A stretch of DNA of 64,000 bases. It comes from an uncultured Solirubrobacterales bacterium (GTDB lineage Bacteria > Actinomycetota > Thermoleophilia > Solirubrobacterales > Solirubrobacteraceae). A model generated the notes under the pieces. That model searched no databases and had not been told where the DNA came from. It saw only the letters and a program-made list of their open reading frames with translations. Below, one piece after another: positions 55,239 to 64,000 of this stretch (its first letter is position 1; each line of letters starts with the position of its first letter). The DNA is taken from assembly GCA_963828135.1 (NCBI GenBank), contig CAWHDS010000001.1:108087-172086 (forward strand). Reading direction: 5' to 3'. Position numbers and translations under genes: made by a program.

Positions 55239-56147
55239 TCAGGCGAGGTAGAAGTAGAGCGCGTACAGCAGGTCGACGGCCGGGCTCGAGGTGTGGACGG
55301 TCGTCTCCGGCGGGACGTCGAGCAGCGCGTCGGAGTAGTTGAAGATGATCTTCACCCCCGCCTCGACGAGGTCGTCCGCGAGTCCCTGCGCGGCGGCTGT
55401 CGGCACGGCCAGCACGCCGACGACGATGTCCTGGTCGTCGACGACCGCGCGCAGGTCGTCGTTGTGGCGAACGACGTGCTGGCCGACCTGCTTTCCAACC
55501 TTCGCGTGGTCGGAGTCGAAGATCGCCACGACGCGGAAGCCGTGGTCGGCGAAGATCTCCGAGGAGGCGATCGCCGTGCCGAGGTGCCCGGCGCCGAACA
55601 GCGCGATGTTGTGCTGACCGGCGGTGCGCAGGATCTTGCGGATCTGCGCCAGCAGCGAGTCGACGTTGTAGCCGACGCCCCGCTTGCCGAACTTGCCGAA
55701 ACCGGACAGGTCGCGGCGGATCTGCGTCGAGTTCACGTGCGTGTATTCGGCGAGCTCGTGGGAGGAGATTGTCTCGCGGCCCATCTTGCGAGCCTGCGTC
55801 AGAACCTGGAGATAGCGCGACAGCCGTGCCGCGACGCCCAGCGACAGACGCTCGGCGCTCGCCGCGAGATCCTCGCCTCCGTGCGGGGAAAGGTCGTCCG
55901 TCATTCCCGGGACTCTACTGAGCTTCTGGCGCAGAATCCTTTCGTCGACGGCGAACTCGAACAGCTCCTCGCCGTTCAACGTGATCACGGGGATGCGTTC
56001 CAGGTATGCGCGCAAAAGGCCGTCATCACTCTCGATGTCGCGCTCGATGAGTTCGAACGGCTGTTCGGCGCGCACCCCTTCGAGCACCGCCCGGGCCTCA
56101 TCGCACAGACAGCATCCCGGACGGCCGTACAGAACCACGACGCTCAT
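55239..56147 (-). CDS. rex: Glutaredoxin-like (DUF836, CxxC) domain fused in frame to the redox-sensing repressor Rex
   Basis: Residues 1-76 (MSVVVLYGRPGCCLCDEA...ERIPVITLNGEELFEF) form a thioredoxin-fold DUF836 domain. Residues 82-302 or so are Rex (RLSRYLQVL, ISSHELAEYTHVNSTQIRRDLS, ALFGAGHLGTAI). There is no stop between them. An internal ATG at 55904 could also give stand-alone Rex. Confidence 0.75.
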   Translation of the reverse strand: MSVVVLYGRPGCCLCDEARAVLEGVRAEQPFELIERDIESDDGLLRAYLERIPVITLNGEELFEFAVDERILRQKLSRVPGMTDDLSPHGGEDLAASAERLSLGVAARLSRYLQVLTQARKMGRETISSHELAEYTHVNSTQIRRDLSGFGKFGKRGVGYNVDSLLAQIRKILRTAGQHNIALFGAGHLGTAIASSEIFADHGFRVVAIFDSDHAKVGKQVGQHVVRHNDDLRAVVDDQDIVVGVLAVPTAAAQGLADDLVEAGVKIIFNYSDALLDVPPETTVHTSSPAVDLLYALYFYLA

Positions 56148-57124
56148 CGCAGCGGTCCCTCCCCGGTGGCGTAGACGTCGAGCCCGAGGTAGTCCGGGTA
56201 GCGAAGCGCCTGGCTGTCGATCGCCGCGGCGGCGATCATCGCCGCGTTGTCCGTGCACAGCTCGGGCGCCGGCAGGAACAGCTCGACACCGAGCGTCTCG
56301 AGCCGCGCGCGCAGCGCAGCGTTCGCGGCGACTCCGCCGCCGAGTGCCAGGCGCGTGCGGCCGGAGTGCTCGAGACCGTTGAGCACCCTGCGCACGAGCG
56401 CGTCGACGATCGCCCGCTGGTAGGCGGCGGCCAGATTCGCTCGCACCTGCGGATCGTCGACGTCCACCTCACGGGTCTTGTAGAGCAGCGCGGTCTTCAA
56501 GCCGGCGAAGGAGAAGTCTGCGCTGCGCCCTGTCGGAAAGTCGTAGCTGCGCGGGTCGCCATCGGCGGCCAGGCGCGAGAGCGCCGGCCCGCCCGGATAG
56601 CCGAGGCCGAGCATCCGCGCGCCCTTGTCGAACGCCTCGCCCGCGGCGTCGTCCAGCGTCCGAGCCAGCACCTCGACCCCTCCACCTCGCTCGCGCACGT
56701 CGAGCAGCAGCGTGTGTCCGCCGGAGGCGATCAGTGCCAGGAACGGGGGTTCGAACCGTGCCGGCGCGAGGTACGCCGCCGCGATGTGACCCTCGAGATG
56801 ATCGATCGGCGCAAACGGCAGCTCGCGCGCGGCGGCGAAGCACTTCGCGGCGCAGAAGCCGACGAGCAGCGCGCCGATCAGGCCCGGCCCGCGCGTCGCG
56901 GCGACGAGCGAGACCTCCTCGACGCCCACGCCGGCCCGCGCCAGGGCCTCCGCGACGACGCCGTCGATCAGCTCGAGGTGACGGCGCGCAGCGATCTCCG
57001 GCACCACGCCGCCGAAGCGGTCGTGGATCTCCTGGGACGAGATGACGTTCGCGAGGATCGTGCCGTCGAGGCCGACAAGCGCGGCGCAGGTGTCGTCGCA
57101 GCTGGTTTCGAAGGCGAGGATCAC
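56144..57124 (-). CDS. tsaD: tRNA N6-adenosine threonylcarbamoyltransferase
   Basis: ILAFETSCDDTCAALV, GGVVPEIAARRH and GGVAAN motifs. The GTG start overlaps the rimI stop (GTGA). Confidence 0.9.
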   Translation of the reverse strand: MILAFETSCDDTCAALVGLDGTILANVISSQEIHDRFGGVVPEIAARRHLELIDGVVAEALARAGVGVEEVSLVAATRGPGLIGALLVGFCAAKCFAAARELPFAPIDHLEGHIAAAYLAPARFEPPFLALIASGGHTLLLDVRERGGGVEVLARTLDDAAGEAFDKGARMLGLGYPGGPALSRLAADGDPRSYDFPTGRSADFSFAGLKTALLYKTREVDVDDPQVRANLAAAYQRAIVDALVRRVLNGLEHSGRTRLALGGGVAANAALRARLETLGVELFLPAPELCTDNAAMIAAAAIDSQALRYPDYLGLDVYATGEGPLR

Positions 57125-57633
57125 GGGCGGTGGTGGGCGACCGGGTCCGCCGCCGGCACGTCGTCGAGGCGCCCCTCGAGCGTCGCCGGCGTGCGCCACA
57201 TGATCAGGGCGTCCTCGCCGTTGTCCTGGTAGTAGCGGCGTCGCAGGCCCGCGATGCGGAAGCCGTCGCGCTGGTAGAGCTCGATCGCCGCCAGATTGGA
57301 CCGGCGCACCTCGAGCGTGAACTGCGCACTCGCGTCGCCCGCCCGCGCATAGAGCTCGGCGAGCAGTGCCGAGGCGATCCCCCGCCGGCGCAGGTCGGGG
57401 TCGACGGCGATGTTCATCACGTGCCAGACGGTGTCGTAGCGCGAGCACACGGTGTAGCCGACCAGCTTCGAGTTGAGCGTCGCGGCAAGGCATAGGCCGG
57501 TCGACTTCGACATCTCGAGCACGAACATCGCGATCGACCAGGGGGTCGGGAACGCGCGCCGCTCGATCGCGGCGACGGCCGGAAGGTCGCCGTAGGCGAG
57601 GGAGCGGATCTCGACTGACGGCTGCTCGGTCAT
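57121..57633 (-). CDS. rimI: Ribosomal-protein-alanine N-acetyltransferase
   Basis: 170-aa GNAT (RRRGIASALL, YQRDGF) located between tsaB and tsaD. Confidence 0.85.
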   Translation of the reverse strand: MTEQPSVEIRSLAYGDLPAVAAIERRAFPTPWSIAMFVLEMSKSTGLCLAATLNSKLVGYTVCSRYDTVWHVMNIAVDPDLRRRGIASALLAELYARAGDASAQFTLEVRRSNLAAIELYQRDGFRIAGLRRRYYQDNGEDALIMWRTPATLEGRLDDVPAADPVAHHRP

Positions 57634-58301
57634 CGTGCACGGGCGTCCAATGCGAGCTCCGCGTCGGCGAGCCGCTGGTAGTCGGGAGCGGCGGTCGTCG
57701 CGTGTCCGGTCATGGCGAGCCGGCAGATCGCTGCCGCGCTGACGGCGTGCAGGCGGCTGTCGGGGGGCGCGACGGCGATTCCGCCCGCCTCGACCGCGTC
57801 GCGGAAGCGCAGGGCCCCGTCGCCGAGTGCCAGCGTGCCAGGGCCGCCTGCGAGCGCCAGCCCCGGGATTTCCTCCGGCCGGCAGACACGCGGCGCGACG
57901 AGTTCCTCGCCGTCTCGGTAGACGGCGATGAAGGCCTCCCCTCTGCGCGCGTCGAGCACGCTGGCCACGCTGCCAGCACCAGCCGGCTCGGCGAGTGCCC
58001 GCAGCGTGCCGACACCGACCAGCTCCGCGCCGCGCGCGAGGGCGATGCCGTGCGCACTGGCCAGGCCGATTCGTAGGCCGGTGTAACCGCCGGGGCCGAC
58101 GCCCACCGCGACGCGTCCGATCTGCCCCCAGCCGATCCCGGCCTCGTCGAGCAGCTCGACAATCAGGCCCAGCAGGCGCCCAGTGTGCGCCGGGCGCTCG
58201 CCGGGCGTCACGTCATCACGCACCTCGCGCAGCCAGCCGTCGGCCCGCGCGAGTGCGACGGCGGTCGAGGACGTCGCGGTGTCCAGGCCGAGCACGTTCA
58301 A
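57630..58301 (-). CDS. tsaB: tRNA t6A biosynthesis protein TsaB
   Basis: VLGLDTATSSTAVALA N-terminus. A TTG at 58301 overlaps the tsaE stop (TTGA), and GTG 58295 is the alternative start. Confidence 0.8.
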   Translation of the reverse strand: MNVLGLDTATSSTAVALARADGWLREVRDDVTPGERPAHTGRLLGLIVELLDEAGIGWGQIGRVAVGVGPGGYTGLRIGLASAHGIALARGAELVGVGTLRALAEPAGAGSVASVLDARRGEAFIAVYRDGEELVAPRVCRPEEIPGLALAGGPGTLALGDGALRFRDAVEAGGIAVAPPDSRLHAVSAAAICRLAMTGHATTAAPDYQRLADAELALDARAR

Positions 58302-58720
58302 CCGCGCACCTCCACCCGCCGGCGGTCGCCCTCCAGGTGCGTGAGCTCGATCGCGATCCGCGGCGGCGTCCCCAACTCGCCGGCGCCCACGGGCGGCCAC
58401 TCGACGAAGGTGATCCTGTCCTTGCCGACGTAGTCGGCCAATAAATCTGGATCCTCGTGCTCGAGGCCGCCCAGCCGGTAGAGATCCACGTGGGCGACGA
58501 CCAGTCCCCCCGCGCCGGCGTAGCGGTGGGCGATCGCGAACGTCGGGCTCGTCACCGGCACGCTCACGCCGAGCGCTCGGCAGGCGCCGCGCACGAGTGT
58601 CGTCTTGCCCGCTCCAAGTTCGCCGCGCACATGCACGAGATCGCCCGCCGCCAGCCTCGCAGCGAGGCCTGCGCCGACGGCCTCCGTCGCGGCCGGACCG
58701 TCCGTCTCATACACCTCCAC
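58298..58720 (-). CDS. tsaE: tRNA t6A biosynthesis ATPase TsaE
   Basis: 140 aa with the P-loop GELGAGKTTLVRG and SPTFAI. Confidence 0.85.
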   Translation of the reverse strand: MEVYETDGPAATEAVGAGLAARLAAGDLVHVRGELGAGKTTLVRGACRALGVSVPVTSPTFAIAHRYAGAGGLVVAHVDLYRLGGLEHEDPDLLADYVGKDRITFVEWPPVGAGELGTPPRIAIELTHLEGDRRRVEVRG

Positions 58721-58725
58721 GCGGT

Positions 58726-59445
58726 TCAGAACAGCCCCAGCTGCTCGGCTGCGGGCTCGGACGCGGCGAGCACCGGCGACGACGGCTGCGACGGCTCGGG
58801 CTCGGACGCGACCGGCACGTGCGCGGGCGAAACCGGCGCCGGCAGGCCCAGCACGCCGGGCAGCGCGTGAAAATCCTCGCGCAGCGATTCCATCGTGCGC
58901 GGCGTGTACAGCGCGGCCGCCGGGTGGTAGATCGGGAAAAGGCGCGTCGTGTGCGAGCCGATCGTGTGCACCTCGACCTGCCCGTGAACGCGTGTGATCC
59001 CGGCCGGGTCTCCGCGGAGGAGCTTGGTGGCGAAGTTTCCGAGCGTGCAGATCACGCGCGGCGCGACAAGCTCGATCTGGCTGATCAGATAGGGGGTGCA
59101 GTTCTCGATCTCGCCCGGCCGCGGGTCGCGGTTACCGGGCGGGCGGCACTTCAGCACGTTGGCGATGAAGACCTCGGCGCGGCTCAGGCCGATCTCGCCG
59201 AGCAGCGTCTCGAGCAGCTTGCCCGCGGCGCCAACGAACGGCAGGCCCTGAAGATCCTCGTTGGCGCCGGGCGCCTCGCCCACGAACATCAAATCGGCGT
59301 CGGCGTTGCCGGCGCCGAACACGACCGTCGTCCGCGTCGCCGCGAGCTCCGCGCAGCGCGTGCAACCGCGGGCGGTCAGCAGCAGCTCCTTGAGGGTCTC
59401 GCGTCGATCGGTGGCGTTCTGCACGGCTTCAAATGTAGTGCGCAA
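58726..59445 (-). CDS. Uracil-DNA glycosylase, family 4
   Basis: CTRCAELAATRTTVVFGAGNADADLMFVGEAPGANED...PFVGAAGKLL, with a Pro/Ser-rich C-terminal tail. The start is uncertain: TTG 59445 was chosen, and the ORF is open up to 59655. Confidence 0.7.
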   Translation of the reverse strand: MRTTFEAVQNATDRRETLKELLLTARGCTRCAELAATRTTVVFGAGNADADLMFVGEAPGANEDLQGLPFVGAAGKLLETLLGEIGLSRAEVFIANVLKCRPPGNRDPRPGEIENCTPYLISQIELVAPRVICTLGNFATKLLRGDPAGITRVHGQVEVHTIGSHTTRLFPIYHPAAALYTPRTMESLREDFHALPGVLGLPAPVSPAHVPVASEPEPSQPSSPVLAASEPAAEQLGLF

Positions 59446-59585
59446 CGCGACCCGCCCGTAGCGAGGCGCTAGGCTGTGTGTCGGGCCGTCACCGCAACGG
59501 GACGGACCTTTCGCCGTGCAGATCCGAGGTCGCGACCGGTATCCGCCGCATGGAACTGGACCGAGTGATGAATGAACATCCCACG

Positions 59586-60422
59586 ATGGCTCGCACGATC
59601 GCCGCGGCTCGCGAGGCCCTGCGCGACGCGCCTCGTCCGATCGGCCTGGTGCCAACGATGGGTGCCCTGCACGAGGGCCACCTCGCGCTGCTAGGCCGGG
59701 CGCGCGCGGACTGCGCCACCGTCGTGATGTCGCTGTTCGTCAACCCGACGCAGTTCGCCGAGGACGAGGATCTCGCCGCCTACCCTCGCGACGAGGCGCG
59801 TGACGCGGCGCTCGCCGGCGACGCCGGCGTGGATCTTCTGTTCGCGCCGTCGACCGACGAGATGTATCCCGAGGGCTTCGCCACGACGGTCGTGGTCGAC
59901 GGTCTCAGCGAGCCGCTGGAGGGAGCCTGGCGCGGGCCGCAGCATTTCCACGGCGTGGCGACCGTCGTCGCGAAGCTGCTCAACATCGTCGGAGCGCAGG
60001 TCGCCTACCTCGGCCAGAAGGACGCCCAGCAGGCGCTCGTGATCAGGCGGCTCGTGAGCGACCTCAATATTCCGACGACGATCGAGGTGTGCCCGACCGT
60101 GCGCGAGCGCGACGGGCTCGCCCGTTCGAGCCGCAATGCCTATCTCAGCGAGGCCGAGCGTCGCCGCGCCGTGGGCCTGTCGATCGCGTTGCGGAGCGCC
60201 GCGACGGCGATCGCGGCGGGTGAGCGCGACAGCGCAGCGGCGGCCGCGGCGGCACACCGGGAGCTCGAGCGCTACGAGATCGAACCTGAGTACCTCGCCC
60301 TCGTCGATCCCGAGACGCTCGTGCCGGTCGGGCATGTTGACGCCCCCGTGCTGATCGCCGTGGCGGCGCGCGTCGGGCGCGCACGGCTGATCGACAACCT
60401 GATCGCAACTCCCGGAGCCTAG
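59586..60422 (+). CDS. panC: Pantoate--beta-alanine ligase
   Basis: [16 protein letters not shown] and the rest of the PanC pattern. The start is uncertain: ATG 59586 is preferred, with in-frame ATGs at 59550 and 59568 as alternatives. Confidence 0.85.
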   Translation: MARTIAAAREALRDAPRPIGLVPTMGALHEGHLALLGRARADCATVVMSLFVNPTQFAEDEDLAAYPRDEARDAALAGDAGVDLLFAPSTDEMYPEGFATTVVVDGLSEPLEGAWRGPQHFHGVATVVAKLLNIVGAQVAYLGQKDAQQALVIRRLVSDLNIPTTIEVCPTVRERDGLARSSRNAYLSEAERRRAVGLSIALRSAATAIAAGERDSAAAAAAAHRELERYEIEPEYLALVDPETLVPVGHVDAPVLIAVAARVGRARLIDNLIATPGA

Positions 60423-60429
60423 ACGCGAG

Positions 60430-60810
60430 ATGTTGCGAACCATGCTCAAGTCCAAGATCCACCGCGCGACGGTCACCGACTGCGACCTTCACTACGTCGG
60501 CTCGATCACCGTCGACCGGTTGTTGCTCGAGGCGGCGGACATCCTCCCCCACGAGCAGGTCGCCGTCGTCGACATCGACAACGGCGCGCGCTTCGAGACC
60601 TACACGATCCCCGGCGAGCCCGGCAGCGGCGAGGTCAAGCTGAACGGCGCCGCCGCCCGCCTGGTGGCGCGCGGCGACACGATCATCGTGATCTCCTACG
60701 CGGCGTACACCCGCGAGGAGATCGACCTGCACGCCCCGCGCGTCGTCCATGTCGACGCGCACAACCGGATCGTCGCCGTCGACGAGCACGCCGACGCGCT
60801 CGCCTTCTGA
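60430..60810 (+). CDS. panD: Aspartate 1-decarboxylase
   Basis: [29 protein letters not shown], including the self-processing GS site. Confidence 0.9.
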   Translation: MLRTMLKSKIHRATVTDCDLHYVGSITVDRLLLEAADILPHEQVAVVDIDNGARFETYTIPGEPGSGEVKLNGAAARLVARGDTIIVISYAAYTREEIDLHAPRVVHVDAHNRIVAVDEHADALAF

Positions 60811-60823
60811 GGAGGCCCACGCG

Positions 60824-61723
60824 ATGTCAACCACCGCCAAGACCGATACAACCGCTGAGCCCGGGCGCCTGCCGGTGACGCTGCCCCGGATCGCCGAGCG
60901 CAAGGCCCGCGGCGAGGCGATCGTGATGGCGACCGCATACGACTTCCCGAGCGGCCAGATCGTCGATGCGGCCGGGGCCGACATCGTCCTGGTCGGCGAC
61001 TCCGGTGCCGAGGTCGTGCTCGGCTACGACTCGACCGTCGCGGTCAGCGTCGAGGAGATGCTGATGCTGACCGCCGCGACACGGCGCGGCGTTTCCGCTG
61101 CGCTGCTCGTCGCCGATCTCCCGTTCGGTTCCTACGAGGCCTCCGACGAGCAGGCGGTCCGCACCGCGCAGCGCTTCGTCAAGGAGGCTCGCGCCGATGC
61201 CGTGAAGCTCGAGGGCGGTGGCGCGGGACCCGTCTCTCGCATCCGGGCGATCGTCGCGGCCGGCATCCCCGTGATGGGTCACATCGGCCTGACGCCGCAG
61301 ACCGCGACTGCGCTCGGCGGCCGCCGGGCGCAGGGCCGCACGTCGGAGCGCGCACTCGATCTCGCCCGTGAAGCGCTGGCAGTCCAGGACGCGAACGCCT
61401 TCGCAGTCGTGTTCGAGGCGATCCCGGCCGCGATCGCCGCGGAGATCACTCTTCTGCTCGAGATTCCGGTGATCGGTATCGGGGCCGGCGTGGCCACCGA
61501 CGGACAGGTGCTGGTGCTCCACGACATGCTCGGCATCTATCCCGGCCGCGCGCCGCGTTTTGCGAAGCAGTACGCCGACCTGCGCTCGGCGATGGTGAGC
61601 GCCGTGAGCGAGTACGCGCAGGAGGTCCGCACGCGGACCTTCCCGACCGCGGAACACACCTTCTCGATCGATCCGCAGGAGCTCGAGGCGTTCCGCGAGG
61701 GTTTGGCCGGGCTCGAGCGCTGA
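60824..61723 (+). CDS. panB: 3-methyl-2-oxobutanoate hydroxymethyltransferase
   Basis: ATG 60824 follows GAGGAGG. IVMATAYDFPSGQ, VLVGDS and VKLEGG motifs. Confidence 0.9.
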   Translation: MSTTAKTDTTAEPGRLPVTLPRIAERKARGEAIVMATAYDFPSGQIVDAAGADIVLVGDSGAEVVLGYDSTVAVSVEEMLMLTAATRRGVSAALLVADLPFGSYEASDEQAVRTAQRFVKEARADAVKLEGGGAGPVSRIRAIVAAGIPVMGHIGLTPQTATALGGRRAQGRTSERALDLAREALAVQDANAFAVVFEAIPAAIAAEITLLLEIPVIGIGAGVATDGQVLVLHDMLGIYPGRAPRFAKQYADLRSAMVSAVSEYAQEVRTRTFPTAEHTFSIDPQELEAFREGLAGLER

Positions 61724-61844
61724 GGGGGATCGCCGGCCGCGCCGGTGCTTCGTGAAGGCGTGACGCAGCCCACTTGCGCGCGGCGTGGCGGCACGACCCG
61801 GCCTGACCGTCCGCCTTGCCGGGCGGTCCCCTTCGGCGGGCTCC

Positions 61845-64000
<2,156 letters not shown>

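Noticed and set aside
59470-59585. Possible structured leader (pan-motif-like hairpin GGCCGTC...GACGG-A-CC with a bulged A) between a TAGGCT box and panC.
   Set aside because: I found only one weak hairpin. The region is also open in the panC frame, with alternative ATGs at 59550 and 59568, so it may simply be coding or an ordinary UTR. My memory of the motif is not precise enough to support a call.

Overview
High-GC (about 70%) chromosomal segment with actinobacterial gene content. The many leaderless-type promoters and 1-4 nt start/stop overlaps fit Actinomycetota, possibly a Thermoleophilia/Rubrobacteria-like lineage, but that taxonomy is inference only. Most of the window is housekeeping or core metabolism: Nramp transporter, aspS, hisS, two tRNAs, a group 3b-type NAD(P)-linked [NiFe]-hydrogenase operon, a Tro/Znu-like metal ABC importer with a Fur-family regulator, hpnCDE squalene genes, ABC exporters, TrkA proteins with an APC-Usp permease, H+-pyrophosphatase, the tsaE-tsaB-rimI-tsaD operon, panCDB and uvrA (partial). 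I saw no rRNA genes, CRISPR arrays or intact mobile elements. The accessory or unusual parts are listed here. (1) A small islet sits 3-prime of tRNA-Met, carrying a DUF1778/GNAT toxin-antitoxin pair and a multiply frameshifted IS66-family transposase. (2) A 73-nt 5-prime module (-10 box, leaderless GTG, 6-3-6 hairpin) is duplicated in front of an S8 peptidase and an MFS exporter. At the second copy it forms a 29-codon uORF with an in-frame A_AAA_AAG heptamer that would fuse it to the transporter in the -1 frame. (3) A cyclic-nucleotide-binding protein is embedded in the hydrogenase operon, and a second cNMP domain is fused to an MFS transporter. (4) A glutaredoxin-like (DUF836) domain is fused in frame to Rex. 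(5) Several genes are broken by single-base frame changes: an ABC exporter at five sites, the S8 peptidase, a small Cys-rich protein and IS66. These are either real decay or homopolymer assembly errors. I did not find a clear new multi-gene system; the S8/GAF/kinase/MFS module idea is speculative. All functional calls come from reading the translations and recalling family motifs, and no database search was run.
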